Source of the DNA: Eledone cirrhosa
Taxonomy: Eukaryota
NCBI GenBank assembly: GCA_964016885.1
Contig: OZ024743.1
Coordinates: 166,470,001-166,534,000, forward strand
DNA length: 64,000 nt
Reading direction: 5' to 3'
Position 1 is the stretch's first letter. The number at the start of each line of letters is the position of its first letter. Positions 1 to 10,280 of this stretch are shown here, piece after piece. Made by a program: the position numbers and the translations under genes. The notes beneath the pieces are model-generated. The model was not told the DNA's origin and did no database searches. It saw only the letters and a list, made by a program, of their open reading frames with translations.

Positions 1-2821
1 AAACAAGTGGTGGAAGGGTGTAGGGGTGGTGGAGGGTGAAGTGGGGATAGGGAGGCGGGGTGTCCGAGCGGGGAGGGCTGAAGGTGGTGTATGTGTGTAG
101 GTGTACGTGTGTGTGTATGTGAATGTGAGAGTTGGGGGAAGAACGAGGTTCCATGTTCAGGAAAAGGTGTGGGTGGGATGTAGGTCGGTGTGTGTGTGGT
201 CGGTGTGTGTGTGTATGCGCGTGTGGATGGGGATGGGTCAGAGGGGTGGGGGAGGATTCCGGAGGCTGAGTGTGTATATATGTGGCGGTACGCACGCGTC
301 TGTGGTGTTTATACGTATTGTGGAGTAGGTGGCGTGGTTGGAAAAAAAATGTTTGTGAGTGTATGTCCGTGGGTAAGTTCCTAAGGTAGTTTCGTAGAGG
401 GTGTGGTGAGGTGCCGGATATTTTCCTTGTGATGGAGTTGATGGTGGGAACGATGGCCGATGTGTGTAATCCGTGGTTGTGTTGGTCGGAAGAGGGGAGA
501 TGTGGGATGCACGCGCAACAGGAAGTGATCAGAGGGTCAAGGTAGGAGGAGAATGACAGGTGGAGAGGGCTGTGTGTCTGTGTGTGCGAAGTGGTCAGAG
601 GGTCAAGGCATAGCAACAGTCGAGGAGAATGGCAGGTGGAGAAAGTCAGTGTGTCAGTTTGTGCGGAGGTGCGGTGGACAGGAGAGAGGATGGGTAGGGG
701 TGAAAGGGGGAGTGGGGGGCTGTGTATTAGTAGAGGTGTTAGTGGGATGTGTGCGTGTGAAGGGGTGTGGGTGGAGCGGGGAGAGGGAGAGAAAGGTGTG
801 GGGGACGGTGGAGGGAGTGTAGTGTACTGGTGTGTGTGTGTGCGTGTTTGGATGAGTGTGTGTGTGTGGTGAAGGGGGTGCTAGTGGGTGTTAGTATACT
901 GGTGGTGGGGAAAGGGTTGAATTCGGGTGTGTTAGTGGGGGTCAGTGGTGGTAGGGTGTGTAGAGTGGATGGTGTAAATGGGTGTGGGTGGGTGTGTGTC
1001 TTCGTGTGGGTGGGGTCGGGGGGGATGTTAGTGGTATTAGTTGTGGGGTGGTGGGAGTGGATGTGTGGGTGAGGGTTAGTGGTGGTAGTAGGGTGTGTGG
1101 ATAGTGTGAGTGCGTGTATATATGTACCGGTGCGTGTGTGCATGATAGGGGGAGGGAGAGGGAGAAGGGGGTGGGGGGGTTGTATTGTTAGTTGGGGGAG
1201 GGTGGTCGGGAGTGGTGGGGGTGTTAGTATTGTTAATTGTTGTGTGGGCGGTGAAAAGGAGGAGTGTGTTAGTGGTGTTAGTGGGGGATATGTGGGGGGG
1301 GGGGGGGTCGAAGGCTAAAGGAATAGGGGTGGGGAGTTCAAGCCGGGGGGTCTGCAGGGTGAAGATGGTGTGTTGTTCGACCCTGAGGAGGGTGGCGGGT
1401 GTTCCGTGGCATTGGAGTAGGCCACACACTGTGAGGTGGTGCGCGGAATGTCCAGGGGAGCCAAAGTGGCGGGCGATGGGGGAACTCCCGCCGAGACGAA
1501 TATCCCGGAGGTGTTCGGTGAAACGGTCCGCCAGGCGACGTCCAGTCTGCCCGACTTAGGTTGCGCTACACTCCGTGCAGCGAAGTCCATAGACTAGGTT
1601 GGAGGAGGTGCAGCGGAAAGCGTGCCGGACAGAGAGAGAGTGGCCGTTGGGACCCTGGAAGGTGGTGGTGTTGGTGATGTGGGGACAGGTGTTGCAACGA
1701 GGCCTGGAACAGGGAAGGGAACCGGGGGGGAGTTGCGGGTGAGGAGGGTGCGGAGAATCCGTGCGCGTTTGAATGAGGGGAGTGGTGGGGCTGGGAAGAT
1801 GTGGGAGGTGGAGGGGTCGGACTGGAGGCGTCGGAAGAGGCGGAGGATGGTGCGGTGGAGGGGTAGGGTGGTAGGTGATAGGGAAGGGGAGACGGTGGGT
1901 GGGTGTGCGGTGGCGTGGGGTGAGGGCGGTGGAGCGGTGGACAGCACGGGCGCGAGTGAGGGCGGTGTGGACGAGGGGGGGGGGACCTCTGCGGATGAAA
2001 TGGCTGACTAGGGAAAGGGCCTGGGACTCAAAGTGAGCATCTCGGCTGCAGAGGCGGCGGATCCTGAGGAGTTGGGAGTAGGGAATAGAGTGTTTAGTGT
2101 GTGTAGGGTGGGAGGAGGTGAAGTCGAGGTAGGAGTAGGAGTCGGTGGGTTTGAAGAAGGCGGAGGTGACGAGGGAGTGGTGGGAGGGGTCGATGGCGAC
2201 GGAGATGTCTAAGAAGTGGACGTGGGTGGTGGAGATAGAGGTGGTGAAGTGGAGGGAGGGGTGGAAGGAGCAGAAGAAGGAGAGAAAGGAGTCGAGCTGT
2301 ACTCGGGTGAGGGTCGTGGCTCCGATACAGTCGTCAATGTAACGACTGTACAGTTCGGGCGTGGGGCCGGTGTACTGGGCAAAGATTTGGGCCTCAACAT
2401 GACCAACGAAAAGGTTGGCATAGTTTGGGCCCATTCTTGTACCCATGGCTACCTCCGTGACCTGTTGGTAAAACTCACCCGAGAAGGAGAAAAAGTTGAG
2501 GGTGAGGACCAGCTCGGCGAGGCGAAGAAGGGTGGAGGTGGAGGGGATGGGGGAGGGGCAAAGTTCGAGGTAGTGCTTGAGGGCACGTAGGCCGTCGGCG
2601 TGGGGGATGACAATATAAAGTGACTTGATATCTAGGGTGAAGAGGAAGGGCTGTGGGCCGGGTAGGAAGGTGAAGGAGTCGAATAGGTGAAGGGCGTGGT
2701 TGGTGTCGGAGATGTGGGAGGGGAGGGTGGTGACAAGGGGGCGAGGATGGAGTCAAGAAGGGCGGAGATGAGTTCGGTGGGGAAGTTGCAAGCGCAGACG
2801 ATGGGGCGGCCGGGGTTGTCG
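1..2821 (-). mobile_element. Penelope-like retroelement (Neptune-type), 5'-truncated: RT, GIY-YIG endonuclease and long C/A-rich 3' tail
   Basis: Minus-strand frames give NPGRPIV (about 2790-2820), MGTRMGPNYANLFV...YIDD...FLDI (ORF 1556..2446), CSRPRCNTC...CTSSNLVYGLRC and GQTGRRLADRFTEHLRDI (about 1500-1700). Frameshifts and stops are present. The 5' end abuts (TA)n at 2823. Confidence 0.88.
1556..2446 (-). pseudogene. PLE reverse transcriptase C-terminal half and start of GIY-YIG domain (disrupted)
   Basis: AMGTRMGPNYAN, RYIDD, FLDI, HP..TKHSIPYSQLLRIRRLCS motifs typical of Penelope-like RT. Confidence 0.85.
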
Positions 2822-3117
2822 ATATATATATATATATATACATATATATTGCAAAAATAAATACACCAGTAATAGTTAAGAGATGGTGTACAGATACCTA
2901 TAAGGAATTATAAGTAGAAAAATGTTCCTATAGAGTCGTTTCGCTTGCCTGTGTATTAGATTCATATATGGCTGTGTATTATGTAGTATTCCTTAGGCTA
3001 TGTGTGCCTACGTATTTGTTAAACAGTTACACGCGTTGGTGCAAACAGTTCATCACGATTTCGGACCTCGCGTTTATTCCGTGTTGTTTCAGCTTTATTA
3101 TTTTCATTGATTTCCCG

Positions 3118-3216
3118 CTGGTTGACTTTCCCTTTCATCCTTACGGGGTCGATAAAATAAAGTACCAGTAATGCACTGGGTAATTGCTGGCCTTGTGCCT
3201 AAAGTAGAAACAATTA
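3118..3216 (+). mobile_element. tRNA-derived SINE, 3' part (Nin/Deu-like central domain)
   Basis: GTTGACTTTCCCTTTCATCCTTACGGGGTCGATAAAATAAAGTACCAG...CCTTGTGCCTAAAGTAGAAACAATTA, the same family as the full copy at 7936-8121. Confidence 0.8.
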
Positions 3217-4100
3217 TTTTCATTGATTTCGCAAAGCATAACCGGCAGTGTCGACCTTCTAAATGGAGCGGGGGTGCACGTCTTATGACGGCTTATTCCG
3301 TCCCTAAAGGTAATGTTACCGTCCTTAAGCCGCCATACCTGCTCGGACAGGCTAGTTTGCGATCTTTTATGCCGAAGTCTGAAGGAGCAGGTGTGGTTGT
3401 GGAAACGGGATTTAAAATCATCGCCGGTTGCACCTATGTATACGTATTTTCTGTTGTTTTCTGCATGAATGGTACATCTGTATACTATACCGAAGACCAA
3501 GCAGTTGTTACGAAGCGGACACTGCGTACAGGATCTACAGTTGCATTTCCGATTCATGGGAGCACGGGTGTCTAGCTGCTCTGTGGTGCGGGTTTGGGGA
3601 GGATCCGTAGCATGGTTTGGTAGGTTGTTATTTGTCCGATGGTTGGAACTGTCAGATTCGCTTGCAACCCGGAGTTGGTGAGTGGGTGGTGAGTTTCCCG
3701 ATCTTTTTTCGGTTGATGGCCATTATCAAGCTCTCAAGGTTTGGTGTTGTTAAGAATGAGAACTTGACAGAGCATCTGTTGAAGATCTGGTGGTATCTAT
3801 GTGTTGTAGTCAAGGGCCCTGAAGAAGATACCTGGGATGTTTGTACGGATGTGTCTATTGGCGTATATTCTGTACGCAGTGGGTGGCCTTTGAATTGTGT
3901 TGTAGCAGGCGGACTGTGCAGGGGTCGGACGTGTGTTGTGTGTGGTAGTCCAGCTGTTCGTCTCAGTATGGAGGTGTCTGAGTTTATCACCTTGGTTGCT
4001 GGTATGGGAAGAGAGACTGGTAAGTTCGGGGTCCGTGGTGATGGCCCCGTCGGATGCAGTCTAGGAGTTTGGCACACTTACTTCTGGTTCTTTCTGTCAG
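3217..4100 (-). mobile_element. Penelope-like element fragment (linker plus GIY-YIG endonuclease)
   Basis: ORF 3141..3557 has CNC...CPL..NC...IVY.C...YIGATGDDFKSRFHNH..SF. ORF 3652..4077 ends in HRYHQIFNRCSVKFSF..TPNL.S.I..IN.K, the PLE linker. Confidence 0.8.
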
Positions 4101-4987
4101 GGAGGCGGCAGTCAAGTAGTCGGGGACGGGAACATAAAGCTTGGTCGGTTCACACGATGTGAGGGCGGGCAGTGTTTTTGTTATCCAGGTTGGTGCTGGT
4201 GTTGCTACCAGCTGCGAGAACACAATAAATATCTGTTATATGTAAACGAAACTTCCTCGTTTTTTCTATTATATACATTCTGCCTGTGCAAAGAGTGCCT
4301 GATTTGGTACCAACATCAGTATTTCACTGTACTACCTACACTATATATATATATATATCAAATACAAGTGTACAATCCAATCAAGAAGTAGATAGTATAG
4401 ATAAGTTTGTGAGAATTATAAGCCAGTAGTGAAGAGAGCAGTGTGCTCAATGCGTATATGATGCAAGACAAGCGTGCAGTGAAAGCAAAGGCAAGAAAAA
4501 TACAAGCCATGCAATAAGTATATAGGCAAAGCGTAAATATCAAAATTACAGTAGGAAAAAATACAACCAAATTCTTGAAACAATATTTATTTGTTTACAA
4601 TTGTTTCAGAGGACTAAATCACAATTTAATATATAAGATTGAGACCTATCAATATATGAATCGTTAGTTCCAGGTGTTATTAAAATCGAAATATGGTCTG
4701 ACCTTATCTTCAGAACTTATAAAACAACTTTCAAAAAGACATGTCACTTATGAAGGAAATTAGAAAAAACGCGAAAAACATACTAGTCTCTTTAATAGAA
4801 AAAGAACTAAGCAGGAAGGTTCTATCATTTTTTTTGTTGAGAAATGCATTGGGAGCCATAAGGATAACGGTTCGACATAACCGGAAGTAAACAAGGAATA
4901 TAAATATGAATATGATGAAAGGGAGACGACTCTTACTAAAAATCGTTTAGAAAGAAATAAAAGTTCTAAAATATGGATAGCATAAAA

Positions 4988-5105
4988 TAATTGTTTCTAC
5001 TTTTGGCACAAGGCCAGCAAATATCCCAGTGCATTACTGGTACTTTATTTTATCAACCCTATAAGGATGAAAGGCAAAGTTAACCTCAGCAGGATTTGAA
5101 CTCAT
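4988..5105 (-). mobile_element. SINE, 5'-truncated (starts at B-box), fused to the U2 copy
   Basis: Reverse complement reads TGAGTTCAAATCCTGCTGAGGTTAACTTTGCCTTTCATCC...AAAGTAGAAACAATTA. Confidence 0.8.
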
Positions 5106-5113
5106 GCCTAAAA

Positions 5114-5277
5114 ATGGGCCGAGTCCTGGATATATTGCAATACCAGGCCAACCCGTGGCAAAGGCGAAGCAAGCCCCTAACTCTTCGCCTAGTTCTAAAA
5201 ATCAGTTTAATATTGATTGTCCCATATAGGCACCATATCAGATATTAAGCTGATAAGAACAGATACTACACTTTGAT
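5114..5277 (-). ncRNA. U2: U2 spliceosomal snRNA copy, missing about 25 nt at the 5' end (probable pseudogene)
   Basis: Reverse complement ATCAAAGTGTAGTATCTGTTCTTATCAGCTTAATATCTGATA...AAACTGATTTTTAG...GGGGCTTGCTTC...GGTATTGCA...CTCGGCCCA matches invertebrate U2, including branch-site pairing GUAGUA, an Sm-like site and the stem-loop IV UAUUGCA loop. Confidence 0.92.
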
Positions 5278-5455
5278 ATAAGAAATAGAATTAATTATAT
5301 AGAATTAGGTTACAATTAAAGAATAATGTGACGTTTTACTAACACTACAAATAATTTATCAGTAGTGTGGTTATATGACGTAACATGCAATTTCACTTAA
5401 ACTTGCTAATATGACTCAATCTTTTCAGAATTAATTAATTAAAGAGGAGAAAACA

Positions 5456-5842
5456 CGAGGGCAATCCCAAAAGTAACTTCCGATATTGCAACTTTTCCGT
5501 TAAAATCCTGTGGATGGTGCTTCGGGAAACCTCAGGAACCAAAATGCAGAGAGCATCCAGAGTGATCCGCCGATCTTTACGCATGTTTTCCTCGGAAGGA
5601 GACCTTACTTTTGGGATTGCCCTCTATATAATAACTCCACGAAATTCGCACTTGGCGGTAGCGTTCAACGGGAGCTCCATTCTCAACGGCTGACAAGCCA
5701 AGATTGAGCATCCCAGCGAAGCGCGCGCATGCTTGTTTGGCAGTGAAGGAATCACCAATCACAACAGTGTTGCCAACAGCCGTACGAACAGTTTCTCTAT
5801 GTCCCCATCACTTTGGAGACCTTACTTTTGGGATTACCCTCG
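5456..5842. mobile_element. Mariner-type MITE
   Basis: TIR CGAGGGCAATCCCAAAAGTAA (5456-5476) versus TTACTTTTGGGATTACCCTCG (5822-5842), followed by TA. An extra internal right-TIR copy sits at 5605-5624. Confidence 0.8.
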
Positions 5843-5899
5843 TATATCTATGGAAACAAAAAATGGAGTAATATGAGGTTAGATAAGGAAAGTGGAATA

Positions 5900-7293
5900 G
5901 AAATGCTTATGTGCCTAGTTTAGAGATCGTATTTCCTCTTGCGACCACTGTAAGGGAAAGATTTTGCAAGGATGTCCCAGACCAAAGTGTATTCAGTATT
6001 AGACGCCAACGGCTCATTAATATACCTCACCAGAGAAGTGGTATTTTTTAATTTCCTATTCTTAAAGGAATGTATATGGGAATTAAATCGAGTTTTAAAT
6101 CTGTTAGCGGTGGCTCCAATGTACGTTTTTAGTGCCACTTTGGGTGTTTACAGTACATCTATATATTACGTTATTAATTAGACATCAACCGTCAAGAGGA
6201 TAGTTATTGGGATTTCTACAATTACAGTTTACGTTAGAGACATTGTTATTAGTAGGTAGGGGTTAGAACTAGTAGGAGTGTCACTTGAAGGAAAGACGAG
6301 AGTGGGGTTAACAGAAGACCTACTTAGGTTAGAACTATTAGTATTTAAAGGATCATATGGTAAGGGTAGGTTAACACTAAAGGAGGTTCTATGTTTATTT
6401 AATTTCCTATGGTTATTAAGAGCGATATGGTCTGCAAGGTTAGGGGTAGTAGAAAAAGAAATTTTAACATTATTTTTGTTAAATATAACCTATAGGTTAT
6501 TTAACAAAAATAATGTTAAAATTTCTTATAAGTGGGTGGGAAGTTATTGCGTACGATGGTGAAGAACATTTTAGGGGTTTGGAGGCTACGCTGCGGGAGA
6601 ACGGAGGATTATACCAGGAAATATTTCTAGTCCTTTTACGGTGAGGAGTATTTCCGGCACAAGGAGGGTTTACAGGTCTATGTAGAGTATATTTTGAGTT
6701 CGTATTAATGGGTGGACTGTTGCTATTATTGGAATCTAGTTGGTTAGGATACTTCGGATTTCTACTAAACTTAATTTTGAACTCATTGCTAGGAGTGGGT
6801 AGTAGACCATTGCTACACTAAGGCTTGTTGTTTCTATATCTATTATTATTAGAATGACGACTCTGTGCAATTACGTTATTGTTAAGCAAATTAGGGGTAG
6901 ATAGAACAGTTAGGAGGTAATAAAGCCTGATCTAGAAAGAGCCTCGTTGTAGTACCATGCTATTTTGTTAAATATGTCTTCGTTCGCAGAGAGTTTAAAA
7001 ATTCTTTGGGATACAGACTTTAAAATAGATCTAAGAATAGATAGGGGGTGGTTAAAAAGACTATTAATATAAGTTAGGATCTCACCAGGTTTATGATAAG
7101 GACGGTAGAGTCCTGTATCAAGTTCTAAAGTGGTATCTAGGAAATTTACGACTTTGTGGTTAGATTCTATGGTAATAGATAGTCCGAAGCTTTTAAAAAA
7201 GCTATGTAAGTATTTCTTAAGATTTTCTAGCCTACGGGAAGTAAAACTACTAACAGTGAAAAGAGCACCGTCCCAATATAAACCTCCCTGCAA
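5900..7293 (-). mobile_element. Penelope-like element fragment (RT C-terminus, linker, GIY-YIG), AT-rich family
   Basis: GLY.DG...VNFLDTTLELDTGLYRPYHKP...NHP (6910..7293); RKRTRNISWYNPPFS (about 6597-6640); CNC...PLDG.C...YIGATANRFKTRFNSHIHSF (5920-6230). Confidence 0.82.
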
Positions 7294-7572
7294 TATCGAT
7301 AACTCATCCCTCAGTCACTACTTTAAAACTCATAGCGAATATATACTATACATACATTCATATATATATATATATATATATGGTCGGCTATCTCCTCTCT
7401 GCCGACAATGTATTAACCATCCGCCGGATTCTATTTGAAACCAGCCTTGACTTTCACTATTCTTGTCGCATCTCCAACTGATATATCTATATTATTAAAA
7501 ACAAACAAACTGTATTATGTTTTCCTTTTAACACAGTATTATGTTTGTATGATTTCTTTTACACATATATGG

Positions 7573-7589
7573 GTGTGTGTGTGTATGTG

Positions 7590-7625
<36 letters not shown>

Positions 7626-7657
7626 TGTATGTATGTATGTATGTATGTATGTATGTA
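7573..7657. repeat. (TG)n/(TATG)n microsatellite
   Basis: Direct reading. Confidence 0.95.
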
Positions 7658-7935
7658 TAAGTTAACGAGATCATTTAAGGTAATCCAAGTAGAAGTTATT
7701 AGTACTCTGTATTGAGGATAGTTTTAATGTTCTGCGTTGTTTGACTCAACAAGAAGTTTCCTTAGTCGGGTGACCGATTTAAGACAGTTCCTTGGTAAGC
7801 AGTTCTTGGAGTAATAATAGTAAATTTGGAAAAAGAATAAATAATAATAAAAAAAATTATTTTTTATATATAATTAATAAATAAATAAATAATTAATAAT
7901 AATTTTATAATAAAATAATCCCCTTTCTCTATTAA

Positions 7936-8121
7936 TTGTTTCTACTTTAGGAACAAGGCCAGCAAATACCCAGTGCATTACTGGTACTTTATTTTATCGA
8001 CCCCGTAAGGATGAAAGGCAAAGTCAACCGCGGCGGGATTTGAACTCAAATCGTAAAGGGACGTAACTATGCTGGAAAGCATGGCGTCCGACCCTCTACC
8101 GATACTGCCAATCCACCGCCC
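7936..8121 (-). mobile_element. Full-length tRNA-derived SINE with target-site duplication
   Basis: Minus strand: A-box TGGCAGTATCGG, B-box GAGTTCAAATCC, Nin/Deu-like GCCTTTCATCCTTACGGGGTCGATAAAAT. Flanking direct repeat (CC)CTTTCTCTATTAAT at about 7921-7936 and 8119-8134. Confidence 0.9.
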
Positions 8122-8944
8122 TTTCTCTATTAATAAATATTAATAAGGTATAATTCTTTGTTATTTGAAAAAGTATTAAATAATTAATAATAATAGAAAA
8201 TATTAAATTAATAAAATTTAATAAATAAATATATAATAAACAAGTATATTAATTGATAAACTGATTAATTGTATAACATAACATAAGGTTTTTATTAATT
8301 GATAAGTGATTAATTACATACCGATTTAAATAACAAAGTTTTTATCTATTGTAAACTTGTAATATTTCCTTAATTACGTCCCTTATGTTATTAACTCCCC
8401 TTATGAAAATGTTTTCTTATTTTTAAATTCCAACTATAACAACATTGATATCTTTAGACTTCGTGAAATAATTCTTATTAGCAGTTACACAGAGAGGAAT
8501 GTGAAATAATCCTTAATAGAAGTTCTAAAGAGAGGAATGTATTATATTGACATGGCAACAAAAACAGTGGAATTAATGTTTACTTCATACATACATTTAA
8601 ACTCTACCTATTTCACATACGATACAACTATAAATAAAAACATTCCAAAAATTAAACCTTTACCTTACACCCAACATAAACATTTCTACATTAATTCTAA
8701 TATAAACATTTTTGAATGTTACTAACTTGTCTTATTTTATTTATATTATTCGCATTACATAACATTTATACATCCTATCATTACGTATCTATTTTTACAA
8801 TAATGCATGCCATTTTTAACATTTTGTATGTAATAAGCTTGATATACCCACTTTCTGCCTTACCTCACGCATGCTTTTATTAATATTCTGTATGCCCTTA
8901 TTATAACAACTTTCAATGCTATGATATCCTTTTACTGTAATACG

Positions 8945-9118
8945 TATTTGCTTGATATTTTTTTGCACCTGTATTACCTTTATGAATAACTTTCTCTATA
9001 ATATGCTTATTATAATCACTTTAAGTAATATGTATTTGCTTGATATCTTTTTGCACCTGTATTACCTTTATGCATAACTTGCTCTATAATATACTTATTA
9101 TAATCACTTTAAGTAATA
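8945..9118. repeat. Tandem duplication of an approximately 87 bp AT-rich unit
   Basis: TATTTGCTTGATAT...TTTGCACCTGTATTACCTTTATG...TAATCACTTTAAGTAATA occurs twice. Confidence 0.85.
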
Positions 9119-9500
9119 ACTTCCTCACAACAGCTCCCAATATTTTGTTATCTGTTTACTATAATATCATTTTGTTATTCGTGATTTTCAATATGATGTC
9201 ACTGTCACTGTTCATAATATTGTATCTTAATGAATGTTCTAAAGACTAGGAATGTAATTACTTGTTTAAACATTGTGTAAGCTCCGATGATTCCAGACAA
9301 TTACCTGGAAGAAACGATTGTCAACAATTAATGTATTAAGCAAATGTTTGATTGTTTTATATTTTGTATCTCTGCTCTGTAATACATCTGATAATTTACA
9401 TTGAGCTATTTCTCTTACTGGTAATCGGGTAGTACAGAATACTACCCTTTCATATTTATAATTATATATAACTCATATATAAGTATAAATAATATTATTA

Positions 9501-9502
<2 letters not shown>

Positions 9503-9553
<51 letters not shown>
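9503..9553. repeat. (TA)n microsatellite
   Basis: Direct reading. Confidence 0.95.
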
Positions 9554-9557
<4 letters not shown>

Positions 9558-10280
9558 AAAGGATAATTTGTTATGTCTTCATTACGTTTATTGATTGGTG
9601 ACGCACGTTTCGCTATTGATCAGCTCAAGAAATCAATAATTGAAATATTTACATAAATAGCCCTTACAAATATAAGGTAACACAGCAAAAAGTCTACTGA
9701 GGTTAGTTTAATTTTCCTTCCTAACAGCTTCCTTCAGATGTAGCGGCACTACTATACCTCGCAATAACAATGTTTCATGTGCGATTGGGTTAAATAAATC
9801 AATCGTATTAGATCGCGCATGAATACATTGTTGCTTCCATCTAGTAAAACTTCCTATGTCAACAGAGATTGATCCGAACTCCTGTATAAGAAGACATACT
9901 ACGGAATATCTCCTACCATATTTCTCGTATTTTCCTGTTAAGAGGAACTTAATATTTATCAACGAGATGTATTCAACATTTCCTGTATTGTTCTGTTACG
10001 GAATGTTATCAACCATGAGGTATTCAACATTTCCTGTATTGTTCCAGAAAGTTTCTTCCTAGCTTCAAACAGTAATTGCTTTCATTTCTTATATCCTCCT
10101 GTGTGTATATAAATTCGGCCTTCAAACAATAAATATATATATAAAACGAATCGAGTGTTGAAGACATAATTATTTATACAGAATTATACATAATTATTTA
10201 TACAGAAGCCTGTCGTTGTAAGTATAAAGGAAGAACCACACTGACTAAGGTGTTTCCGCAAAGCCTTATCTTAAAAGGAT

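Noticed and set aside
101-1559. Many V/G/C-rich and H/T/P-rich ORFs
   Set aside because: Artefacts of GT/CA low-complexity sequence; no domain motifs apart from the GIY-YIG end
5114-5277. Functional U2 gene, or a Keno/Utopia target site
   Set aside because: Stem-loop I (first 25 nt or so) is missing, the break is upstream of the position near nt 37-38 recalled for those elements, and no such element is adjacent
7936-8121. tRNA gene
   Set aside because: A/B boxes belong to a multi-copy SINE head with TSD; no cloverleaf
9708-10062. Duplicated ORFs (also 17342-17699) that look like a repeated gene
   Set aside because: They lie in the two LTRs of element A
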